Of a stretch of DNA of 64,000 nt, positions 54,911 to 62,801 are shown piece by piece. Position numbers and translations under genes: made by a program. The DNA lies in the sequence record NC_061448.1, one strand, 5' to 3'. The notes beneath the pieces were generated by a model. The model was given only the letters and a program-made list of their open reading frames with translations. It was not told where the DNA came from and ran no database searches. The first letter of the stretch is position 1. Each line of letters starts with the position of its first letter.

Positions 54911-56200
54911 TCACTTCTTCTTTTTCTTTTTCTTCTTCTCTTTGGGTTCGTCGTCTTCTTCATCGTCGTTACCCAAATCAACAACGAGCTTACCGCTGTA
55001 GATGTTCGCCATCACTTCGGTAATGCCTGTCTCCAACATAATGTCAGCAGGTACCGAAGTCGAGTTGAATGCGACTTCTGCATCAGCCAGAGCTTTCTGC
55101 AAATACACCAGACTCACCAGATTGACTTTGATGTTGTCCTTCTTGACCATGTTCATGAACATCTTGAGGCCAGCAGACTGCCACTTGTTCGTTTCGGCGT
55201 AATGCCCCAGCACACCGTGAATGATCCAACGTGCTTTCGCTACGATTGCACGAGGGTTATTCGCTTCACGCAGGAACTGAATCACACCAATCAGATCCAT
55301 CGAGAGATAAGCGCCAATCATCTGAACTGCTTTCGCTTCCATGTCGATCTCTGGATCAGCAGCAGCGAGTTCGGCAACGAGGTTCTTATCGAAGTCTTCA
55401 CCGCCACGCACAGAAGCGTAGATGTTTTGCAGCATGGTGATTGCACCACGCATCTGACCACCAGCGTACTCTGCTACCTGATGCAATGCAGATTCGGCTT
55501 TCTCACGCGCCTTGTCTTTCTTCGGCAGAATATCAAGCTGACCACTGATTTCAATCAGGCGCTTATGAATCACGTCAGTCGCAATCGGTCGGATTGGCAG
55601 TTGCGTCATACGACTGATCATCGTGCCTTTCATCTTCTCAGGGTTCGTCGTTACGAAGATGAAGACTACGTGCGCTGGTGGCTGTTCAGTAATCTTGAGC
55701 AGCTTGGATTCAGCAGCACTGGACATGAGGTGTGATTCATCGAAGATAAACACACGACGCTTGAACATCGGACTAAGCGGTGCTGAGTCAACAATCTTCT
55801 GGCTGCCGTCCACTTTACCGGACTCACCGCCCATGTCGTGCTCTTGCTCGTCAGGGTGTGCGCCACGGTCGTGCATCTCACACGAACGACACTTGCCACA
55901 GGCAGAGAACGAATCACAGTTAATGTACTTCGCTACCAGACGTGCGAACGTTGTTTTGCCAGAACCGAGGTGGCCAGTGATGATCATCGTTGATGGAATC
56001 GTTTTCGACTTCTGCCAACCTTTCATGATCTTCACGATGTGGTCTTGACCAACGTAGTCTTCAATACGCTTCGGTCGGAATTGATCTGCAAAGTTAACAG
56101 TGGTCAACTCAACAGACTCAGAAGAACCGCCTTTCTTCTTCGATGGTTTGTCATCACCGAAGGAACGCGCTTTCTTCTTTTTCTTTTCTTCTTTCGCCAT
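54911..56200 (-). CDS. dnaX: Clamp-loader ATPase, DNA Pol III gamma/tau (DnaX)-like
   Basis: RPKRIEDYVGQDHI, GHLGSGKTT, C...CGKCRSC zinc module, IFDESH, SRM (SRC-like), GQMRGA. Confidence 0.88.
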   Translation of the reverse strand: MAKEEKKKKKARSFGDDKPSKKKGGSSESVELTTVNFADQFRPKRIEDYVGQDHIVKIMKGWQKSKTIPSTMIITGHLGSGKTTFARLVAKYINCDSFSACGKCRSCEMHDRGAHPDEQEHDMGGESGKVDGSQKIVDSAPLSPMFKRRVFIFDESHLMSSAAESKLLKITEQPPAHVVFIFVTTNPEKMKGTMISRMTQLPIRPIATDVIHKRLIEISGQLDILPKKDKAREKAESALHQVAEYAGGQMRGAITMLQNIYASVRGGEDFDKNLVAELAAADPEIDMEAKAVQMIGAYLSMDLIGVIQFLREANNPRAIVAKARWIIHGVLGHYAETNKWQSAGLKMFMNMVKKDNIKVNLVSLVYLQKALADAEVAFNSTSVPADIMLETGITEVMANIYSGKLVVDLGNDDEEDDEPKEKKKKKKKK

Positions 56201-56238
56201 TTTACTTTCGCCCTATAGTTTTGATGCGTTACATCAGG

Positions 56239-56247
56239 TATTTACAG
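56239..56247 (-). promoter_or_regulatory. CTGTAAATA motif upstream of dnaX
   Basis: Exact copy following a terminator. Confidence 0.7.
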
Positions 56248-56256
56248 TATTTAGAC

Positions 56257-56292
56257 AAAAAGAAAGGACCACATCCAAACTGGAGGGTCCTT
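56257..56292 (-). terminator. Probable terminator
   Basis: AAGGACCCTCCAG...GATGTGGTCCTT followed by TCTTTTT on the minus strand. Confidence 0.55.
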
Positions 56293-56339
56293 AGTTAATA
56301 CAAAGTGAATGATAACGCATCGGCAGTGGGCGCTGACGA

Positions 56340-56537
56340 TTAGGCAAAGCACATCTCCCAGCGTGGTACAACGCGGAAGAACTGCTTAAAGTTGGACGGC
56401 GGATTATTCTTGATTGACTCAAGTTTCTGTTCCACAACGTCATAATCTTTTATGCCACTCTCAACAGTGTGAGTGGTGAACGTACCGTCAGCCTGAATCA
56501 AGTCGGCGACAACACGGTAGCTTGGTTTACGAAGCAT
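56340..56537 (-). CDS. Hypothetical protein (65 aa)
   Basis: AGGAG SD; CTGTAAACA variant upstream. Confidence 0.6.
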   Translation of the reverse strand: MLRKPSYRVVADLIQADGTFTTHTVESGIKDYDVVEQKLESIKNNPPSNFKQFFRVVPRWEMCFA

Positions 56538-56630
56538 CTATTCTCCTGTGCTAAAATTTCTCGTTCTTCTGAATTATGTTTACAGTTTACTGCGAGTAGT
56601 CACACAAGAATAAAGTCAGATAAATCTTAA

Positions 56631-56929
56631 ACTCCAATAGGCTCTCAGAGAAAACATATTGGAGTCCACCCTCGCCAGATGACGGTCTAGCCAGGGCTTT
56701 CTCCCCGTGTCTTTCGAATGCACCGACACGGTAGCGCTTGCGGTCTTACGCCCTCTGCGGCAGCGAACGTTTCGGCAGGTAGCGGAGTTCGCAGCCTAGA
56801 GCAGCCGCTTTCGGCCATAGCGATAACGCGGTGTTACGCTTGGCCTAGGGTGACTCAGGGCCGAGTCTGTACAAAAAAAAAAAAGAGTTCGGCCTATCCC
56901 CAAATTCGGCAAAAGAAACAGGCCGAACT
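56631..56929. other. Structured non-coding element (candidate ncRNA, attenuator or origin)
   Basis: At least seven inverted-repeat helices and an A12/T12 run in a ~470-nt gene-free gap (see findings). Confidence 0.5.
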
Positions 56930-57007
56930 AAACACTCAGCGCAAACTCCTTATGCACTGTTTTGTACTGTTACAAATTAGAAACATTCCGAAATAATCAG
57001 ACAATTC

Positions 57008-57595
57008 TTAGTTCAACATTGGACGCAGTTGTTTTAAGAAATGTTGCTTATCGAACGACGTAATTCGGTACGGATGATCGATATGTTCGTTCCATCCTTT
57101 GGTGAACAGCATCACGTTACGAGGCAGCACCAGTTGTTCTCCGACGCGAGTGAACTTGTCACGCACCGCAGTGACAGGATTGTCGTCAACAAGAATCCAA
57201 GTGCCCTCACCGTACTTCTCATTCAGGTAAGCAATCTTGTCAGGGTGTTGGCGACTGTCCAGAACGTCGATGTGATCGAACAACGACAGGTGCTTCTCCA
57301 GAACCTTACGCGTGTTGCGTTCACCTTTCGCATGATAACCGCGATGCGTACAAATGCCGACGCTGAATCCTTCACGCACCAACATCGCTACAGTCTGAAT
57401 GAAGTACGGACGCATGTTAGCATCCAGCATGAAGCGTCCGTCTTCCAGCATGTCAACGAAAGGTTGCTTGCCGTTCTCTGGAGTGATGTACGTGTCAAGG
57501 CCAGGGTGGATTCCCCAGTTCATCAGATGACACAGCATGAAGTTATGCGTATCAAACGCCGTGTCGTCCATGTCGAAGAAAATATGTTTGATCAT
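57008..57595 (-). CDS. HAD-superfamily 5'(3')-deoxyribonucleotidase-like phosphatase
   Basis: IFFDMDDT, ICTHR, DKIAY, LVDDNP. Confidence 0.8.
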   Translation of the reverse strand: MIKHIFFDMDDTAFDTHNFMLCHLMNWGIHPGLDTYITPENGKQPFVDMLEDGRFMLDANMRPYFIQTVAMLVREGFSVGICTHRGYHAKGERNTRKVLEKHLSLFDHIDVLDSRQHPDKIAYLNEKYGEGTWILVDDNPVTAVRDKFTRVGEQLVLPRNVMLFTKGWNEHIDHPYRITSFDKQHFLKQLRPMLN

Positions 57596-57939
57596 TAATG
57601 CCTCGTGCTTTTAACTACCAGAGGAATATCGTTGATGAAGGCGAGAGTCAACAACTCGCTGTTATAGCGCAGTCGCATTTCATCGGCATTCATCACAACA
57701 ATAATGTCGGCGAGAGGATCTACCTTGAAGATTGGAACCTCGATAAGTGTGGCAGCATCTGGATCTTCTTCGTCGTCGATAACGAAGTAGCCGCCATACA
57801 TTAACACCGTGTCACCGGAATCGACAAGATGACCAACGATTGCATCGTCACCGTCCATGATCATGTGCAGTGGCTGGTCGATGTAATAACCGCTGTCATC
57901 GTCTGCTCCGAATTCGAAATCGAAGTCCTCGTCGCCCAT
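57595..57939 (-). CDS. Acidic hypothetical protein (114 aa)
   Basis: GAGG SD; coupled to the downstream gene. Confidence 0.6.
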   Translation of the reverse strand: MGDEDFDFEFGADDDSGYYIDQPLHMIMDGDDAIVGHLVDSGDTVLMYGGYFVIDDEEDPDAATLIEVPIFKVDPLADIIVVMNADEMRLRYNSELLTLAFINDIPLVVKSTRH

Positions 57940-57943
57940 ATAG

Positions 57944-58519
57944 CTATGCCCTCAAATCAACCAAGATTGATGCAGACAAATCTCGGAGCATGTCACGACC
58001 GAGAGGTGTGTACATCGTTTGAGCTACCACAATGCGTTCAAGGAAGAGGCGTGAGCTGATAACATCTCTGCCTGTTTTCTGTTGAACGAAGTCGATGATG
58101 GAAGATGGAGGTTGAATGAGGAACGTTAAGATCTCGGCATCGTGAAGTACGTTGCCCATCTCTGTCACAGGACGCATCTCTGTTTCCTGATCGAGTATGT
58201 AAGAGATCACACGGTCTTCATTACCAATATTGCGATGTGTTTTAAAGAACCTACGTGCAGCACTAACGGTCTGCATAAAGTCGTAGTCCGAAGAAGTCGG
58301 CATACGGAGAAAGAGGGAAGCGAGCAGCAGATTTATTTCTAACTTCGGACCCTGCTCAATGTTCAGCATGGCGTGTGAGGTTAACACGACATTCAGCGAG
58401 AAGTCACGAGTGTAGAGTGGGTGAGAGGTCGCTGTCTGATCGAAGTAGTCAAGGGCTTGACGTAACCCTTGACGATTCAACAGGTGCTCTGCTTTAATCC
58501 GAGATAAGCGCTGCATCAT
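57944..58519 (-). CDS. Hypothetical helical protein, possibly a degenerate HD domain
   Basis: Helical layout with LHDAEIL; the canonical HD pair is not intact. Confidence 0.35.
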   Translation of the reverse strand: MMQRLSRIKAEHLLNRQGLRQALDYFDQTATSHPLYTRDFSLNVVLTSHAMLNIEQGPKLEINLLLASLFLRMPTSSDYDFMQTVSAARRFFKTHRNIGNEDRVISYILDQETEMRPVTEMGNVLHDAEILTFLIQPPSSIIDFVQQKTGRDVISSRLFLERIVVAQTMYTPLGRDMLRDLSASILVDLRA

Positions 58520-59490
58520 TCGCCGCTACTAATCTCTTTCAGGCTGTTCTTGATTGCCTTACGCAACGTCTTGCCTGTGTCGATGCCGTCGATGTGTCGA
58601 GCGAACACGTTGGCGAACAGCGTGGTTGGATTTTTCATAATCGCTTTATCGAGGTCAGGACGACCCTCAGCAATTTGCATTTCACCTGGCCAGAGTTCTG
58701 CTACTGCCGCGCTGTCAGTCGCTGCGATCATTTCCAGTTCTCGGACAGAGATAGAGTTCTGTCGTGCGATAGTGCGGAAGATCATATCAACGAAAGGCAG
58801 CAGGTCTTCGGACACAACGTTCTTAACGTCTTTCGCGTCACCAGCTCGCTGGAAGTCTTCGAGCAGACCAGTAAGAGTGCTCAGGTTCAGACGCTGCACG
58901 TTGCGCAGTTTCTTGAACAGCAGCATCCACTTGACCTTGCGCTTAGAACTCAGCAGGTGCGTCCACACTGATTCGCCGAGAGCGATCATCAGTTTGTTGT
59001 AGACGTCAACCGATACGCAGTCACGATCAACGAACACATTGATCTCGTCGTGCCATTCGTCCTTGCGGAACTTAGAGCGGAACGAGTGTGTCTTCGAACC
59101 AGACTGCTGGATGAAGTTGATCGTTTTACATCGGCGAATCGCTTCATGCAGATTGTACTTCTCGATAATCTTCGGAAGTTTCTTTACTGCGATGCGACAC
59201 GCTTTAGCGACTTCGGCTTCACGCCCGAAAAGAGACAGACGAGGCAAGCCACCGTAAACTGGCATTGATGCGTACGGTCTTACCGTCACACCACACACTG
59301 ACATTCCCGGTTCAGGGTCTGGACCCAAGACAGCGAGAACGTCACCAGCTTTCGGACTGAACTTTATTGTTTCTGGATCTGGTGTACTGAGACTCTTGGC
59401 CAACAGACCAACAGTGTTGCCGGTAGCCAGAACCAGATGATTCTTATTACCCTGCCTGACGACAAGATAATCGTTTTCACTATGTTTCAT
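58516..59490 (-). CDS. Hypothetical protein (324 aa)
   Basis: Long ORF with typical codon usage; AAGG SD. Confidence 0.65.
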   Translation of the reverse strand: MKHSENDYLVVRQGNKNHLVLATGNTVGLLAKSLSTPDPETIKFSPKAGDVLAVLGPDPEPGMSVCGVTVRPYASMPVYGGLPRLSLFGREAEVAKACRIAVKKLPKIIEKYNLHEAIRRCKTINFIQQSGSKTHSFRSKFRKDEWHDEINVFVDRDCVSVDVYNKLMIALGESVWTHLLSSKRKVKWMLLFKKLRNVQRLNLSTLTGLLEDFQRAGDAKDVKNVVSEDLLPFVDMIFRTIARQNSISVRELEMIAATDSAAVAELWPGEMQIAEGRPDLDKAIMKNPTTLFANVFARHIDGIDTGKTLRKAIKNSLKEISSGE

Positions 59491-59498
59491 AACGACCT

Positions 59499-60023
59499 TT
59501 ATTGCGGTATTGAATCAACGATGTTATAGACGTGAACTTCGGCAGTGTGACCAGTGCGGAAGATACGTCCTTCGGTTTGTTCGAACGTTGCTGGGCGCCA
59601 GTCTTGTTGGCACTCAAGGGAAACGAGAACTTGCTCCTCCCACATGTCACCGTCTTCAAGTTTGTCGGCGATCATTCTGACAGCAGCAGGTCGGTCAAGA
59701 CCCAGATGCGCAAGCTCTGCGATAATTACATGAGGCTTGGTGCGATCTGCAATTTCGTCGATAGCCCATTCGAGTTCGGCAAGAGAGCGAACCTGAAATG
59801 ATTCGACTTCTGTGTTGCCTGAATACTCGTCTGGTCCGAAATAAACAATTTCAAAATCGTTGACGTCGGTTTGCGTGACAAAAAAGTGAGGCGCGTCCAC
59901 CATAATAGAAGGTGCGGCGCGCATCTGGAGAAAGCCCATATACGGATGAGGTATATCGCGGGCTTCTACCGAACAAGACTTCCCAGCAAGGCTTTCGATT
60001 ATGCTGTGTGCGAGATTATTCAT
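59499..60023 (-). CDS. Hypothetical protein
   Basis: GAGGT SD favours ATG at 60023 (MNNLAHS). Confidence 0.55.
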   Translation of the reverse strand: MNNLAHSIIESLAGKSCSVEARDIPHPYMGFLQMRAAPSIMVDAPHFFVTQTDVNDFEIVYFGPDEYSGNTEVESFQVRSLAELEWAIDEIADRTKPHVIIAELAHLGLDRPAAVRMIADKLEDGDMWEEQVLVSLECQQDWRPATFEQTEGRIFRTGHTAEVHVYNIVDSIPQ

Positions 60024-60030
60024 AGTAACC

Positions 60031-60222
60031 TCATTTCTCAGGAGGAGTGAATGGGCTCTGAGTATAGTTATACCCATAGCTCACCATTTTGTTTTGTTGA
60101 CGCTTGGCGTTCTGCTTGCGCTTGAGTTCGGCGTCACGTTTGTCCAGCTCGTCAAAGATACCTACGCGACGGGCGTAACGAAACTTAGGATGCACGGAGA
60201 TATGTTTGACGATAGCTGTCAT
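60031..60222 (-). CDS. Small basic hypothetical protein (63 aa)
   Basis: GAGGA SD; CTGTAAACT variant upstream. Confidence 0.55.
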   Translation of the reverse strand: MTAIVKHISVHPKFRYARRVGIFDELDKRDAELKRKQNAKRQQNKMVSYGYNYTQSPFTPPEK

Positions 60223-60262
60223 TCGTTATTCCTCTATGTTTGATTGCTGTTAGTTTACAGTA

Positions 60263-60787
60263 TCAATCACTCTTGCCCATCAGACGCTCAAGTGCGTAGG
60301 CAAAGTAATCGTCCCACGTAGCGAAACCGTCTTTGGCTAACATACGGTCAAACTCGCGGTCAGACTTAGATCCCTTAGGAAAGCGAATCTTGTTGGACAA
60401 TCGCTGCAAACGGTCATACATGAATCGAGACTGCTTGACGATCGGATTCTTTTCCGGCAAATGGTTCTGCAACAGCTTGTAGCTGAACACCAACGGGAAA
60501 TCTTTGTTAGGCACTGTATCACCCAACAGACGATGCACCGTGTTCAGGTACTGCTCGATTTGCGCGTGACATTCCGGGTGAGCGTAGTACCAGTCGTCCA
60601 GTGATGCAAGTCCATAAGTTTCCTCGTAGACCATAGCATCATACATGACCATGAGAATCGGCTTCTCTTCCTTCTTTTCTTTGTACGCCTGAAACAAAAC
60701 TGGGCAAGTCCCATATTTGTTTTGCAGCATCGTTTCCAAGATTGCTGCGAAGCGCACAACTTCATATTCGGTAAGTACCTTACTCAT
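60263..60787 (-). CDS. Hypothetical protein (174 aa)
   Basis: GGAG SD, directly after the 554-aa ORF. Confidence 0.6.
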   Translation of the reverse strand: MSKVLTEYEVVRFAAILETMLQNKYGTCPVLFQAYKEKKEEKPILMVMYDAMVYEETYGLASLDDWYYAHPECHAQIEQYLNTVHRLLGDTVPNKDFPLVFSYKLLQNHLPEKNPIVKQSRFMYDRLQRLSNKIRFPKGSKSDREFDRMLAKDGFATWDDYFAYALERLMGKSD

Positions 60788-60790
60788 ACT

Positions 60791-62455
60791 TCACTCCGAG
60801 AATATCTTTTTGTCAGAAAACTTCTTGAGCACAAACTCGGCACATTCGCTCGTTACGCTGTCTCCTTCAACGCAGAGTAGCGCACCATCGTGCTCAAGGG
60901 AATACACACCCTTGACGTTCGGACAATTAAGAATAGCGTCAAACAAATACAGACTCTCCCAGCCAGATAGCATGTGGTTGAGAATGCGTTTGTCAATCTT
61001 CTTGCCTGTATCGTCAGGATCAGGATCATAGTTAGATCCTGTTGGGCACTGGAGTACCCCATACTCGGGTCTTCGTGCATTTTTATTTTTGCGGAACTTA
61101 GACCGGTATACACCAAGCAATTCTTTGATCGCAAGATACAGAGGAGTCATCCTCGTGTTCCAGTCTAAGATTTCCTCTTTCACTCTCGAAGCTGGCACGA
61201 AGCGAGCTAACTCTTTATAGACGTTGCTGTACTTCGTTGGTTCAAGTTGACCTGCCGAGAAGATTGTACCGTACAAACAAACCTTGGCTGCGCGTCTGTC
61301 CAATTTCATTATGCGGCTAATGTCATCCACAGAACTAATCTGGTTGAACATCGCACACTCAATACCGTAAGCGTCGAACTCTCTACGCAACACGTTGAAC
61401 TGGCTGGACTTCATATCCCAGTTAGTCCCTATCGTGTAACATTGCTCTTTAAGGTCTGACGGTAAGTTCTGGAACCCACCACCGACTTCAAACAATCGCC
61501 CGCCAATCTGAGACAGCCTGTATTTCGGCCAATAACGAACGACTAGAGGTTTCTCGCTAACGATCTGAACAGGACCCGACACTATCGTATCGAGTAACGT
61601 CTTCACCTGCAGGTATTGCTTCTTCGCCTTGTGATTAGCGATCAACGATTTGTCTTCTAAATAAGCAAGTATGGGATCGATGTTCACTTCATTGGGCATC
61701 AGCTTATCAAGTACCTTGCGATAAAGAGCACGGCCATTAAGCACCTTAGAGTTTCCTCGGTCCCGGTTACGATCAAGCGAACTAAGATCGTGCGTCGGGC
61801 GTTTGAAAGGTAGCTTAGAATTTTTCTGAATCTGCGACCACACCGTTACCCCGTAATCTTCTCGCAATATCTTGAGAGGACTATAGAATCGAATGCGGTA
61901 CAGAATATCGTAATGCGACTGAGGACTAAAATGCCCGTACATGCCGTCTAAGATTTCAGGACGCATCCTAAACTCTCGACTAAGGCGCTTTTCCTTGTTG
62001 TACGGTTTCGTTTCAAACACATACTCCATCAACCACTCAAGAGATCTACCGTATGTGCCTTTCTTCGACTTAGCATATCGCCCGACAGCAACATTATCGC
62101 CACCACGCTTGTGTCCAAAGACCATTGGCAGCTTTTCTTTCCCTAATGAGCTTGGAAACGGCACCCAGACCCGTCCAAACTTCTTTTTCTTGTGTTTACG
62201 CGCAGGATAAAGACTGCATTGAAGAATGTGCCAGAAGAATAAGTTCAATTGAGCACGAAACTCACGTTGGTCCGCATCAGGCCCATCGTACGGGCAAGCG
62301 TTTATAACGTTGTCTCGCACCCAAATAACGACTTCCTTCTCCTGGTACGAGGGATTCGTGATCAACACGGGCCCTTGTCCGGAAACGATTCGTTTTTTCA
62401 TGTTCACATCATGATTACCTGATTTTTCTATCGTTTCTTTTACAGAATCAGACAA
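60791..62455 (-). CDS. Divergent family-A-polymerase-like protein lacking exonuclease domains
   Basis: Motifs in Pol A order: GRLFEVGGGFQNLP, NWDMKSSQFNVL, RRAAKVCLYGTIF, LNHMLSGWES, YSLEHDGAL. Start codon uncertain (TTG 62455 or ATG 62402). Confidence 0.55.
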   Translation of the reverse strand: MSDSVKETIEKSGNHDVNMKKRIVSGQGPVLITNPSYQEKEVVIWVRDNVINACPYDGPDADQREFRAQLNLFFWHILQCSLYPARKHKKKKFGRVWVPFPSSLGKEKLPMVFGHKRGGDNVAVGRYAKSKKGTYGRSLEWLMEYVFETKPYNKEKRLSREFRMRPEILDGMYGHFSPQSHYDILYRIRFYSPLKILREDYGVTVWSQIQKNSKLPFKRPTHDLSSLDRNRDRGNSKVLNGRALYRKVLDKLMPNEVNIDPILAYLEDKSLIANHKAKKQYLQVKTLLDTIVSGPVQIVSEKPLVVRYWPKYRLSQIGGRLFEVGGGFQNLPSDLKEQCYTIGTNWDMKSSQFNVLRREFDAYGIECAMFNQISSVDDISRIMKLDRRAAKVCLYGTIFSAGQLEPTKYSNVYKELARFVPASRVKEEILDWNTRMTPLYLAIKELLGVYRSKFRKNKNARRPEYGVLQCPTGSNYDPDPDDTGKKIDKRILNHMLSGWESLYLFDAILNCPNVKGVYSLEHDGALLCVEGDSVTSECAEFVLKKFSDKKIFSE

Positions 62456-62461
62456 CTCTGA

Positions 62462-62560
62462 ATCCCGTACAGCTACAGCGGAGCTACTACAGGACAGCTG
62501 GGCTACAGCGGGCTTGCTACAACGCTCGTGGTACGCTTGAACATTACTACTACAGGTACA
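62462..62560. repeat. Iteron-like CTAC/GCTACAG direct repeats
   Basis: GCTACAGCGG at 62472 and 62502; CTACTACAGG at 62484 and 62547; further CTAC cores. Confidence 0.55.
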
Positions 62561-62740
62561 TCTTTAGGCGGCACGTTTTGAGATAGCTAAAATCGAGAAG
62601 ATCGCAGCTTTAACAGCCCGAACATATACCCTCAGGCGCTCTATCAAGCAAAGTAGCAGGTCAATTTAGGTCGTCTAAACCGTGTAAATTTTCCGACAAA
62701 AGCAGTACATTTTTCACCCAAATGCCCTGTTTTGTCACTA

Positions 62741-62785
62741 AAAATGAGGATAAACCGAATAAATTCAAAGGTTTATCCCCTTTTC
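62741..62785 (-). terminator. Probable terminator after the 62802 gene
   Basis: GGATAAACC...GGTTTATCC inverted repeat followed by TCATTTTT on the minus strand. Confidence 0.6.
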
Positions 62786-62801
62786 GAAACGAAAAATCAG
62801 A

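Noticed and set aside
56718-56996. 92-aa plus-strand ORF across the structured gap
   Set aside because: No SD, runs through an A12 homopolymer, and is opposite to every other gene; better explained as non-coding structure.
62462-62560. Possible CRISPR array or tRNA in the repeat-rich gaps (also 56631..56929)
   Set aside because: Repeats are only about 10 nt without 30-40-nt spacers, no cas genes are present, and there is no cloverleaf with T-loop GTTCRA and 3' CCA.
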